Of a stretch of DNA of 64,000 nt, positions 49,881 through 58,690 are shown one piece after another. Within the stretch, counting starts at the first letter, position 1; every line of letters begins with the position of its first letter. Where the stretch lies: NCBI GenBank assembly GCA_965247635.1, contig CBDFHJ010000007.1, forward strand, positions 132,630-196,629. The letters are read 5' to 3'. A program made the translations under genes and the position numbers. Below the pieces are notes generated by a model. That model did not search any database and was not told where the DNA came from. It was given only the letters and a program-made list of their open reading frames with translations. This DNA is from Dehalococcoidia bacterium. GTDB lineage: Bacteria > Chloroflexota > Dehalococcoidia > Lucifugimonadales > Australimonadaceae.

Positions 49881-51038
49881 ATGGCCGAGAATCGCAAGGC
49901 TCGTCCGTTGACTGCGGCGCGAGTGAGAACGGAGAAGCGGCCTGGCCGATACCACGACGGTCAGGGGCTTTACCTTCAGGTGGACCCGTCCGGCGCTCGC
50001 AGGTGGCTTCAGCGTGTTGTGATACGCGGCAAGCGGACTGATCTCGGACTTGGCGGGTGGCCTCTTGTGTCCCTGAACGCTGCGCGTGAGAAGGCGATGG
50101 AGAACCGCAGAATCGCTCGTGTGGGCGGGGACCCTCGGACAGTGAAGCGAGACGTACCGACCTTTGCTGAGGCTGCCGCTGAGGTTATCAAGCTCAACCT
50201 CCCCACATGGAAGAACGCCAAGCATGCGGCCCAGTGGGGTTCTACTCTCAGGACATACGTCTTTCCACACTTCGGCTCCAGATTGGCAACCGAGGTGTCG
50301 GGTTCGGATGTTATGAAGGCTCTAACGCTGATATGGACTGCCAAGCCAGAGACAGCGCGGCGAGTGCGCCAGCGCATAAGCGCGGTGATGAAGTGGGCTA
50401 TAGCCAACAACTACAGGCTGGATAATCCGGCTGGCGACGCCATCGAGGCCGTGCTTCCCAAGACTTCGCGGACCCAGGCGCACCATGCAGCTCTACACTA
50501 TGCGGATGTCCCGGTAGCCCTGGACGCCATTCGAGCGTCCACCGCCAGGCCCGCCACCCGGCTGGCCCTGGACTTCGCCGTGCTGACCGCCGCCCGCTCC
50601 GGTGAGGTTCGCGCCGCCAGGCGGGATGAAGTCTCTCTGGACTCCCGGGTCTGGACCGTTCCGGCGGCGCGGATGAAGGCGGGCAGGGAGCACCGCGTAC
50701 CGTTGTCGAGGCGCGCCCTGGACGTCCTGGAAGAGGCGCGCAGCCTGGATGACGGTCCCGGGCTGATTTTCCCCGGACGTTCGGGCAGACCGTTGTCGGA
50801 TATGACTTTCACGGCGTTGCTCCGGCGGCTGAACATCCCCTGCGTTCCGCACGGATTCCGGTCGAGCTTCCGAGACTGGGCGGCTGAGAAGACAGACGCA
50901 CCGCACGCGGTCATGGAGGCGGCGCTAGCACACGTAGTTGGGGACTCTACCGAAGCCGCGTACTTCCGCTCTGACCTGTTCGAGAGGCGGAGGACGCTCA
51001 TGGATCAGTGGGCGGAGTACCTGGCTGAGAGCGAGTAG
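49881..51038 (+). CDS. int: tyrosine integrase (P4-type, DUF4102-like N-terminus)
   Basis: The N-terminal arm-binding pattern is GRYHDGQGLYLQV...RRWLQR. The catalytic contexts are TAARSGEV, HGFRSSFRDW and AYFRSD. It lies about 150 bp downstream of the tRNA. Confidence 0.9.
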   Translation: MAENRKARPLTAARVRTEKRPGRYHDGQGLYLQVDPSGARRWLQRVVIRGKRTDLGLGGWPLVSLNAAREKAMENRRIARVGGDPRTVKRDVPTFAEAAAEVIKLNLPTWKNAKHAAQWGSTLRTYVFPHFGSRLATEVSGSDVMKALTLIWTAKPETARRVRQRISAVMKWAIANNYRLDNPAGDAIEAVLPKTSRTQAHHAALHYADVPVALDAIRASTARPATRLALDFAVLTAARSGEVRAARRDEVSLDSRVWTVPAARMKAGREHRVPLSRRALDVLEEARSLDDGPGLIFPGRSGRPLSDMTFTALLRRLNIPCVPHGFRSSFRDWAAEKTDAPHAVMEAALAHVVGDSTEAAYFRSDLFERRRTLMDQWAEYLAESE

Positions 51039-51097
51039 TGCATTCATCTTGACACTTCAGCCGCCTTCTCGACTGGCCGATCAGAGATAGGCGCAGC

Positions 51098-51883
51098 CTA
51101 TCCCACGTGCGTCCCATCGGCGTCGTAGACGTACACCTTATCGTCGGCGGTGTCCACCACGTAGAAGTATGCTCCATCCCAGGCTATACCCAAGGCGACG
51201 GTGTTGCCGGGGGCGAGGTCGAAGTCTCGGTCTGACTGGTAGTTCCCATCGGCGTCGTAGACGTACACCTTATCGTCGGTGGTGTCCACCACGTAGAAGT
51301 ATGCTCCATCCCAGGCGATATGCCCCAGGGGCTGGCCGTTGCCGGTGGCGAGGTCGAAGTCGCGGTCTGACTGGTAGTTCCCATCGGCGTCGTAGACGTA
51401 CACCTTAACGTCGGTGATGTCCGGCACGTAGAAGTATGCTCCATCCCAGGCTATACCCGAGACGTTGGTGTTGCTGATGGCGAGGTCGAAGTCGCGGTCT
51501 GACTGGTAGTTCCCATCGGCATCGTAGACGTACACCTTAAAGTCGGTGATGTCCAATACGTAGAGGTATGCTCCATCCCAGGCGATGCTCCTGGGGTAGG
51601 TGTTGCCGGTGGCGAGGTCGAAGTCTCGGCCTGACTGGTAGTTCCCATCGGCGTCGTAGACGTACACCTTAGCGTCGGACCAGTCCACCACGTAGAAGTA
51701 TGCTCCATCCCATGTTATGCCCAAGGGGACGGTGTTGCCGGGGGCGAGGTCGAAGTCGCGGGCGTCCCTTCGCCACGTCCCATTGACCTTGGTCCAAGAA
51801 TGGGCTGCCTTCCATGTCCCCGCCACCTTCACCTTGGCGGCCGCCGTCTGCCATGCCCCCGCTGCCTTGACCTTGATCGGCAT
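51098..51883 (-). CDS. repeat (beta-propeller-like) tail fibre / receptor-binding protein
   Basis: The start was set at ATG 51883, 2 nt after the upstream stop. The N-terminus has KVKAAGAWQ/KVKVAGTWK/TKVNGTW mini-repeats. Five 44-aa units follow (DFDLAxGNxxxxGIAWDGAYFYVVDxxDxKVYVYDADGNYQS). Confidence 0.6.
   Translation of the reverse strand: MPIKVKAAGAWQTAAAKVKVAGTWKAAHSWTKVNGTWRRDARDFDLAPGNTVPLGITWDGAYFYVVDWSDAKVYVYDADGNYQSGRDFDLATGNTYPRSIAWDGAYLYVLDITDFKVYVYDADGNYQSDRDFDLAISNTNVSGIAWDGAYFYVPDITDVKVYVYDADGNYQSDRDFDLATGNGQPLGHIAWDGAYFYVVDTTDDKVYVYDADGNYQSDRDFDLAPGNTVALGIAWDGAYFYVVDTADDKVYVYDADGTHVG
51100..51760. repeat. five tandem 132-bp (one 135-bp) coding repeats
   Basis: The string gtcgaagtc recurs at 51218, 51353, 51485, 51617 and 51749. 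Long stretches are identical between units. Confidence 0.85.
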
Positions 51884-51885
51884 CG

Positions 51886-52431
51886 CTAGTACTCCATCCA
51901 CACGTCGCCGTCGTTACCGTCCGAGCTGGTGGGCGCGGAGTCGCTCACCGTGACCTTGCGGTACCCCAGAGAGGCCAGGCCAGCAGGTGTGATCGCGCTG
52001 GTCGCATCGGTCCCGTCCCCTGCATCCGTGGCTAGCCTGACAACCCCGCGCTCCGTGGCGGAGGCATTGGGGGGCGACGTATTCAGTGGCTTCCAACGGG
52101 ACTCGCCGCTGTCGGTAACCGGATCGACGTTGGTGGAGTCCTGGACGCTTACGTACAGCAGGGCGTCGCTGCCCGTTACCAGCGCCGGATGCTCGTATGA
52201 GATCGAAGAGTCCCACTCAAGCCCTGCGCCGTGGACGTTCACCTCGACTCCCAGGGCGGTCACTTCCCGGTGAAGCTCGTTTAAGTGCTCCCGCTTGGGC
52301 AGCGACCCGCCGGGCTGGGAGTACCTGATGTCCCAGCCAATAGAGCGGTCTATCCCACCGTCCTCCGGGTCCTCAACGTCCCCTGTGGCTGCCCACTTAC
52401 CGATTTTTAGTGCGTCCGGGTCTCTTGCCAT
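51886..52431 (-). CDS. phage tail fibre protein
   Basis: 181 aa. The motif ATERGVVRLATDAGDGTDATSAITPAGL is a common tail-fibre motif. It sits between the baseplate genes and the repeat protein. Confidence 0.6.
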   Translation of the reverse strand: MARDPDALKIGKWAATGDVEDPEDGGIDRSIGWDIRYSQPGGSLPKREHLNELHREVTALGVEVNVHGAGLEWDSSISYEHPALVTGSDALLYVSVQDSTNVDPVTDSGESRWKPLNTSPPNASATERGVVRLATDAGDGTDATSAITPAGLASLGYRKVTVSDSAPTSSDGNDGDVWMEY

Positions 52432-52433
52432 GA

Positions 52434-53516
52434 CTACTCACTCCTCAAGCTAATGTCGTCCCAATAAAGCACGTGCGGGGCCGAACGGTCGGTGACTCTC
52501 AAAGCCAGCCGAATGTTCTGACAAGCGGCGGAGATAGTCGTCGTGGCTTCGAGATATTCCCAGGAGTCATAGGAGGTCGGGTTCTCCGATCTCGTATTCT
52601 CCCATGTGGTGGCGCCCTCTGAATCCACCTCGCCGCACATTAGCTCTAGCCCCACATCGGAGAGGAGCAGGTCGCTCGCGGGGACGTAGACCCACGCCGA
52701 GAAGGTGATTTGGGTCATAGGCAGTAGGTCGGCGTATGCGACGTTGAAGCCAATGAAGACGCTTGCCGAATCTGAAGCGCCCTGTGCAACCGTGATCTTC
52801 CAACTGTGGTTGCCGGAGTGGGCCTGCTCGTCGCTCCGTTCGTACTCGCTAACGTTGGTATGGCTAGAAGTATGGCCCGCCACGACCGGCGGCTCGTCTC
52901 CCTCACAGTCTCCACCGACCACGTACTCCCACACGACCCTGGACAGCTCGACACCCGCCGGAGAAGGCAACCCCCCAGTGATATCGAGCGCCTCCAGGAG
53001 GCTCCGGGAATCGAGGCCCTGGTACGTTCCCTGGACCTCCGCCGTCATGTCGCCACCGTCCCTATAGCTCACCCCAGGGAACACATGCCCCACCGCATCG
53101 CTAAGACGCTCCACCGTACCGTCCGCAAGCAGCGCCTCCGCCCGCATCATAAGCAGCTTCCGGTAGAACTCGTCTCCCACCGGCACCCTGGGCGACAACG
53201 CCTCAACCACCGTAGCGAACGGACCCTGGTCGAAGCCGACACCACCTGAGCCGTGGAAACCAAAAGACGCAAAGTCGGCGATGTCCGTCGCCGGACGCGG
53301 AAGCATCAGCCGTTCTCCAATACAGTCCAGCCAGAAACCTTCAGCGGTGGCAATGCGGAGGCGTTCCTCCATGTCCGCCAACGGCCTGATCAGGTGATCG
53401 TCCATCACTCCTTGGAGCGCATCCACCAGGGCGCGCATACGCGGAGCCTGTTGCCACTGCTGGATCAGCAGGCCAGCATTGGCGTGAACGTCGATCCGTT
53501 TGGCCAGGTCGCTCAT
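52434..53516 (-). CDS. baseplate/tail-fibre adaptor protein (XkdU/gpI position, DUF2612-like N-terminus) with carbohydrate-binding-like C-terminus
   Basis: 360 aa. The N-terminus contains FWLDCIGERLMLPRP. The C-terminal ~150 aa look like a beta-sandwich ending in YWDDISLRSE. Its start overlaps the baseplate J stop. Confidence 0.5.
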   Translation of the reverse strand: MSDLAKRIDVHANAGLLIQQWQQAPRMRALVDALQGVMDDHLIRPLADMEERLRIATAEGFWLDCIGERLMLPRPATDIADFASFGFHGSGGVGFDQGPFATVVEALSPRVPVGDEFYRKLLMMRAEALLADGTVERLSDAVGHVFPGVSYRDGGDMTAEVQGTYQGLDSRSLLEALDITGGLPSPAGVELSRVVWEYVVGGDCEGDEPPVVAGHTSSHTNVSEYERSDEQAHSGNHSWKITVAQGASDSASVFIGFNVAYADLLPMTQITFSAWVYVPASDLLLSDVGLELMCGEVDSEGATTWENTRSENPTSYDSWEYLEATTTISAACQNIRLALRVTDRSAPHVLYWDDISLRSE

Positions 53517-55069
53517 GATGCCAACACCGTGATGGTGATGTCTTCGGGGATAACCGTCAGCCGCTCGGTCAGCTCGATGTCGTCCTGGCTGGTGACGGAG
53601 CCCTGGACCGTATCGACGGTATCCAGCCCCAGCTCGTCAGCCGTATCGCCAGTCACCGCGCCGGACACCACAATGGGGTTGCCGTCGGCATCCAGGGGAA
53701 TAGTGATGACGAACTCTCCATCCACATAGGCCACCTCTACCTGGTCCAGGTCTGTCTCGGAGGCTCCCCGCAGCGCGCCCTTGACTACCGTGGCCACGTC
53801 GTCGTAGTCGGTGACGTCGCCGAAGTCCAGACCGGATGCAGTCGCACCGTGCAGCGTGATCGTGCCGCTCCTGATGGCATCCACTCCGTCTACGATGGTT
53901 GCGGTGTCCAAGCCCAACTCGTCGGCGTTGTCCCCGGTGAAAGCGGTACTTGCCGTGGTGGCCGCCCCATCGGAGTCCAGGGGCAACGTCACCACGAACG
54001 CCGCGCCGTCGTGGGTGACCTCCACATTGTCCAGGTCCGTGGAGCTGGTAGCCCGGAGCGCGGTCTGAAGCGTGGAAGCCACGTCGTCGAGGTCATTGTC
54101 GGAGGAGAAATCGAGCCCGGTCACAGTCTGACTCAGGAAGGCAACAGTCCCGCTGGTGATGCCCTGAAGCGTCGTCAGAGTACTGTGATTCCCCCCGGTC
54201 AGCACGGTGGCCCGACCGTGGAACGTATCCAGCGACGCCACAGTACCGCTGCCCCTGAGCAACGTGCCAGCCTTGCGCCCGACACCGAGGTTCACGGTGT
54301 GTCCCGGCACCAACAGCACGTCGGCAAGGAGCCGCTGTGCGGTCAGGCGCTCCCCAAGGGCCAGCCCTATCACATGGTCTACCACCCGCATGACGATCCG
54401 GCTCGTGCCGTCCGAAGGAAAGCCTGCCATCAGCGTCAGGGCCAGCTTGACTTTGATTGGGACTGGAGTCACACGGGACAGTCGGATGGGCACGCTCCAG
54501 CCTCCGGCATGGGGCACGTCAACGCTGGTTTCTCCGCTGGTGCCCGTTCCTACTGGCTTTGACCGGGCTATCGCCGCTGCGACAGCTTCGTCCGTGCCAC
54601 CGTCTACAACCAGGCAGATCGAGTAAGCGCCAATGGTCTTGCCCTGCTCGGTCACCTCGGCGGCGGTGGCGTTCTCACGGATTAGTGCATCGGTTACACC
54701 CTCGACGCTAAGCACTGCGGCCAGTATCGCCTCAGCCGAGCCCCTGGCGTTCCTCGCCACTAGCCTTCCGTACCTGGCCCGGTACTCGTCGTCCGTCTCT
54801 CCTTCCAGGCGCGAGATACCCAAGAGAGACCCCAGATCGTCGAGTTGGACTCCCAGCGCCCTGCTGCGCGACATGCCGTTGCCCACCGCAACCAGCGCCT
54901 CGTCCGTCTCCGTCAGCGTCACGGCCAGGGTTCCAACCAACTGGCCCGCTGGCGTCTCCGGGGCCAGATCAATGTCCTGGCCCAACGCAGACCGGAACGC
55001 CGCCTCCAACGCGTCGATGTAGCCCTGGAGCGTCGTGGGCTCTATTCCCTGCGCCGTCACCCGTGCCAT
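53513..55069 (-). CDS. baseplate J-like protein with an internal duplicated ~78-aa module
   Basis: 518 aa. The N-terminus (LQGYIDALEAAFRSALGQDIDLAPETPAGQL...DDEYRARY) is typical of the gpJ/gp47 family. The C-terminal half carries two copies of LDF..D.DDVA...ALR..S.TDLD.VEV....FV.T.PLD.DG......A.TGD.ADELGLDT. Confidence 0.75.
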   Translation of the reverse strand: MARVTAQGIEPTTLQGYIDALEAAFRSALGQDIDLAPETPAGQLVGTLAVTLTETDEALVAVGNGMSRSRALGVQLDDLGSLLGISRLEGETDDEYRARYGRLVARNARGSAEAILAAVLSVEGVTDALIRENATAAEVTEQGKTIGAYSICLVVDGGTDEAVAAAIARSKPVGTGTSGETSVDVPHAGGWSVPIRLSRVTPVPIKVKLALTLMAGFPSDGTSRIVMRVVDHVIGLALGERLTAQRLLADVLLVPGHTVNLGVGRKAGTLLRGSGTVASLDTFHGRATVLTGGNHSTLTTLQGITSGTVAFLSQTVTGLDFSSDNDLDDVASTLQTALRATSSTDLDNVEVTHDGAAFVVTLPLDSDGAATTASTAFTGDNADELGLDTATIVDGVDAIRSGTITLHGATASGLDFGDVTDYDDVATVVKGALRGASETDLDQVEVAYVDGEFVITIPLDADGNPIVVSGAVTGDTADELGLDTVDTVQGSVTSQDDIELTERLTVIPEDITITVLAS

Positions 55070-55410
55070 TACAACACCTCCGCGACCGTCACCTGGCCGT
55101 GGACCGTACTGACGCGGAACTCCAGCGACAGTCTCCGGGTGAGGGGATCAAGGACGGCTCGAACGACAGCTACATCCGTAACGTCCTCTACGCCGAGCAC
55201 TTCGGCGGCAATGAGCTGTGCGGCGAATTCAGGACTACTGCCGCCGGCGAACAGGCCATCGAAGTATGGGATGCCCTGGTCCGAGTCAAGAAACCACTCG
55301 CCCGAGGTAAAGCGTAGATGCTGAATTACCCGCTGCCTGGTGGCCTCAAGGCCATCCACTACAGCGAATCCGTCAAGGAGATCGTCCACGGCTGAGATGG
55401 TGCGCATCAC
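55069..55410 (-). CDS. baseplate wedge protein (gpW/XkdS-like)
   Basis: 113 aa with the motif RQRVIQHLRFTSGEWFLDSDQGIPYF. Confidence 0.55.
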   Translation of the reverse strand: MMRTISAVDDLLDGFAVVDGLEATRQRVIQHLRFTSGEWFLDSDQGIPYFDGLFAGGSSPEFAAQLIAAEVLGVEDVTDVAVVRAVLDPLTRRLSLEFRVSTVHGQVTVAEVL

Positions 55411-55940
55411 ACGATACTCTCTGGCTCTTCGTCCGTACCAACGGTCTTGAACGTCACGTCCTGCGCCTCTATAGCGAGCTTGCCGGTAGTCTTGATGTGA
55501 ATCCCGTCCGCCTCAATGGCGATATGGTTCTCTGGCTCATGGTGGCTTACAAACCCTGGTATCGCTATGGCGTCCTTCTCGCTGAGGAACCCGAACATGT
55601 CCGGGGTGGCTACGTCAAGACTCTTCTTCCAATTCGTCAATCCGCGCTGGGAGTAAACCAGCAGCACGGGGTCTCCCTGCTCCAAGGGGAAGGTCATAGC
55701 GAATCCACCACCGGATGGAAACACCACCGGGACGTTGTGGATGGCCTCTCGCTCGATCTCCTCTTTCTTAGTGGTCACCACCCTGAGCGTTCCCTTCACC
55801 ACCGCCCGCCGGGTCTCCGCGTCGTAGGACTCCACTATCCCAGGCATACAGGTGTACAGGTCCTTGAGCGATTGGCGGATGGCGAATCGAATGGACTGTG
55901 CCATGTTCGCGTAGTCGGTATCTCGGTTCATGCTGCTCAT
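55407..55940 (-). CDS. baseplate spike/hub protein (Gp138 N-terminal-like, gpV/gp45 position)
   Basis: 177 aa with the motifs MPGIVESYDAETRRAVV...VPVVFPSGGGFAMTFPLEQGDPVLLVYSQR. Confidence 0.6.
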   Translation of the reverse strand: MSSMNRDTDYANMAQSIRFAIRQSLKDLYTCMPGIVESYDAETRRAVVKGTLRVVTTKKEEIEREAIHNVPVVFPSGGGFAMTFPLEQGDPVLLVYSQRGLTNWKKSLDVATPDMFGFLSEKDAIAIPGFVSHHEPENHIAIEADGIHIKTTGKLAIEAQDVTFKTVGTDEEPESIV

Positions 55941-56779
55941 GGCGCTACCCCCACCAGTGCAGGGGAATCGGTCTTCGCTCCCTCGATCTCCGTCACAAAC
56001 TCACCGTCCCAGTTGTCTCCCCTGTGGACAATGGTCTTGACCCCGAACCAGCCGTCCACGGCCTCGCTCCTGACCTCGACCAACTGGCCCAACTCGATGG
56101 AGCCGTTCAGCGCCATCTTCGCCCTCAACCCTTCGTCCTCGGTGAGGGACGGCGTGCCAATAAGCCCCGTTGCATGGCTGAGAAAGAATGTGCCACGCTC
56201 CGGCTCGTCGTCCCTGTGGGTGAAGTGCATCACGTCGCCTACCTCATAAGCGGTAACCTTGTGAGGCTCCAGAAGGTCCTTGAGCGCCGACTTCGCCGAG
56301 CCGTTGTAGAAGAACCCGTCCTCAATCTCCTCGTCGGGAACGGCGTGGTCAGACTCGATGCGTAGGCCCATAGCGTCCACGATGCGGCGCACGAGGGCAC
56401 GCAGCCTGACAGGTCCCACGAGGCTGATGGAGACCAGTGCGCCGGTCGTCGCCGAGTCGGAACGGCCAAGCACGATGGTCGTCACGCGGTCTACCCCAGT
56501 GCGCTCATGGAGGACGCGCCGTATCTTGCCATCGAAGATAGGTTCAGCGTTTCTTATATCCCCGTAGCCAGCCTTGACCCGCACGATCTGCTCTGGCTCG
56601 GCAATGTGCGAGGCCGACGCCTTGGCCAGGTTCCATATCTTGACCGTGGACGGCGACGATGAGGACTGATCGTCTATGTGCAGGTCGAAGGTGATGCGAA
56701 GCTCCTCGATGATGAGCACGGAGCGGTCTGCGCCCTCGATCTCGACGCTTATCTGGCGTAGGTACTGCCTCATGCTCAT
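55937..56779 (-). CDS. baseplate hub / late-control-D-like protein (XkdQ position)
   Basis: 280 aa. The call rests on position in the conserved tail gene order and on overlapping stop/start codons with its neighbours. Confidence 0.45.
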   Translation of the reverse strand: MSMRQYLRQISVEIEGADRSVLIIEELRITFDLHIDDQSSSSPSTVKIWNLAKASASHIAEPEQIVRVKAGYGDIRNAEPIFDGKIRRVLHERTGVDRVTTIVLGRSDSATTGALVSISLVGPVRLRALVRRIVDAMGLRIESDHAVPDEEIEDGFFYNGSAKSALKDLLEPHKVTAYEVGDVMHFTHRDDEPERGTFFLSHATGLIGTPSLTEDEGLRAKMALNGSIELGQLVEVRSEAVDGWFGVKTIVHRGDNWDGEFVTEIEGAKTDSPALVGVAP

Positions 56780-57105
56780 AGCGCCCAGCTCACCTGCTCG
56801 ATTTCGGACGGCTCAAGGTAGGCCAGCCCGTGGGTCTGCCCCCACGCCTCCCGGCCTATCGGCACCCCGTAGCGCTCCAAGGGGACGGTCACCAAGTCGC
56901 CGACGAAGCCAGGAGCCTCAATCAGCCTCCGGGCCGTCGTTACCTGACGCCCCAGCGCTATCGGCTCCTCTCCCCTGGTGTAGAGCGACAGGTACCACGC
57001 TTCGGAGAGCGGCTGCCACCAGGCGCGGAGGATGACCGGCTGGTTGCCCAGCGTCACCCGCATTCGCTGCCTTGCGTCTGTTGTCAACGGTATCGCCTGC
57101 ATCAT
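56776..57105 (-). CDS. phage tail-module protein, unknown function
   Basis: 109 aa, translationally coupled to the downstream gene. Confidence 0.4.
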   Translation of the reverse strand: MMQAIPLTTDARQRMRVTLGNQPVILRAWWQPLSEAWYLSLYTRGEEPIALGRQVTTARRLIEAPGFVGDLVTVPLERYGVPIGREAWGQTHGLAYLEPSEIEQVSWAL

Positions 57106-57120
57106 CCGATCCTGAACAAC

Positions 57121-57804
57121 CTACCTACGGCCTTGAAAGCGCCGACTCTCCAACCACCGATCGATTGAGGGTATGGACGGCGCGTTGACCCTGTCATCCT
57201 CCTCCGAACGGCCTTGAAAGCGTCGACTCTCCAGCCACCGATCGATTGAGGATATGGACGGCGCGTTGACCCTGTCCCTGTCAACCTCCTCCGACCTATC
57301 CTCGGCGGGGCCTATCCGCACTGGGGGAGGCCGCTGGCCTCGCTCCAGGGCGCGGAACTGCACCTCCTCAAGCTCCATCTCGAAGCGGAGCGCCCGTCCC
57401 GTGGTCCTATCAACCGGAGCCTTGAGCGACGTAATCAGCATCGAGGGGTAGGCGCCCAGCATTGTGACCGCCAGGAACGGTTCCCTCGATTCGACCAGCC
57501 GGTTAAGCTGAAGCCACGCATCACTGCCGCGAGACGGGTTGCCCCGCCTCCCTTCAGGAGCCAGCAGGTCCGAGACCCAGCCCACAAGCTTGAGCGTGCG
57601 CGGCTGTACAACCGCGTGGTCCACGAGCGACCCGCCCGTCTCGACGGGATACGAGGTCTTGCTGAGCCTGACGGCGTGTTCTTCAGAGATGAACCCGTCG
57701 GCAATGGCAGCAAGAGGCTGTACCAACCTGAACAGGGCGCTCGACAGCCCAGGACTCCCGTGCAGGAGCAAGAAATCTCGGCTCTGTATGACGCCAGCCG
57801 CCAT
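57121..57804 (-). CDS. distal-tail/baseplate-hub-like protein (XkdP position) with duplicated C-terminal 27-aa unit
   Basis: 227 aa. The core is YPVETGGSLVDHAVVQPRTLKLVGWVS...TMLGAYPSMLITSL. Its ATG overlaps the stop of the tape-measure remnant (TGATG). Confidence 0.45.
   Translation of the reverse strand: MAAGVIQSRDFLLLHGSPGLSSALFRLVQPLAAIADGFISEEHAVRLSKTSYPVETGGSLVDHAVVQPRTLKLVGWVSDLLAPEGRRGNPSRGSDAWLQLNRLVESREPFLAVTMLGAYPSMLITSLKAPVDRTTGRALRFEMELEEVQFRALERGQRPPPVRIGPAEDRSEEVDRDRVNAPSISSIDRWLESRRFQGRSEEDDRVNAPSIPSIDRWLESRRFQGRR
57127..57276. repeat. 81-bp tandem duplication
   Basis: A 69-bp core (acggccttgaaagcg.cgactctcca.ccaccgatcgattgagg.tatggacggcgcgttgaccctgtc) occurs at 57127 and again at 57208 with 3 mismatches. 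Confidence 0.85.
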
Positions 57805-58690
57805 CAGCGCTCCACCGGCCCGTCGTGGTCGTAGGCGATGTTCCGAATCTGGTCCTGGATCGCCTCGCCTAGCTCCTGGGCTATCCCCTTCGCGTCCGTC
57901 GCCTGGGTCTGGATCACAATGGGCTCATGTTATGTTGACGGTGACCGATCTATTGACCACCGAAGACCTGTACATCTGGCCGTAGTGGTACGGCGCTTGC
58001 GGCAAAGCGGCGGGGCCGAGCTGGAACCCTTCAAGCATCTGAGCGATGACCCTGGACGCCCCTACTGGCAGCACCATCTCGCCGCCGTGGACAATGGCGG
58101 GCACCGGCCTACCCAGCGGTCCGGGAACGACCCCTCCTGCGGCCCCGGTAAACACTTTGCCAATACCACCGAGAAAGCCCTTGGCCTTGTCCACCACACC
58201 ACCGGCGGCGTCCAACACCTGTCCCACGACAGGAATGTCCTTCACGGCGTCCTTCACCATGTTGGGAATGTCCTTCACGGCGTCCCTGACCCTGCTGGGA
58301 AGCTCCTTGATCAAGGCGATGATCGCGTCTATCCAGCCCTTAACGGTGTCGTAGACGCGGTTCCAGATGTCCCCAACGATCCCGACGATCTGGTCCCATT
58401 CCTGGGCTATCAACAGCGGGCAGGCCGACCGCTGGGAAGATGACCGCCAGAACTTAGCCCAGGGTCTCGGAAGATGCCCAATGGTTCCCCATAGCCCATG
58501 AAGAGTCCCTGACCTTGGTGAACCATCTATGAGCTTGTCCCGCAGTCCGAAGGGTTGGCGATCAGGCCAAGGGACCAAGGATGGGCAGCAGGAGCAGGGC
58601 CGCAATGGCGCCAGTGCCATTGATGAAGTTCCGCACGCCCATCAGAGCGTCCACGATCTGCCTGCGGAACCTGAAGTGGCCGCTATGAGT
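57804..58690 (-). pseudogene. 3' remnant of the tail tape-measure gene, multiply frameshifted
   Basis: TMP-like segments lie in three different frames: FRRQIVDALMGVRNFINGTGAIAALLLLPILGPLA(stop); IVGIVGDIWNRVYDTVKGWIDAIIALIKELPSRVRDAVKDIP...VTVNIT(stop); EPIVIQTQATDAKGIAQELGEAIQDQIRNIAYDHDGPVER(stop). Confidence 0.6.

Noticed and set aside
51098-51883. Diversity-generating retroelement (DGR) as the source of the localised variation in the repeat tail protein.
   Set aside because: No reverse transcriptase and no template repeat are visible in the window. The variation is between repeats within one gene, and it is not adenine-specific as far as can be seen.
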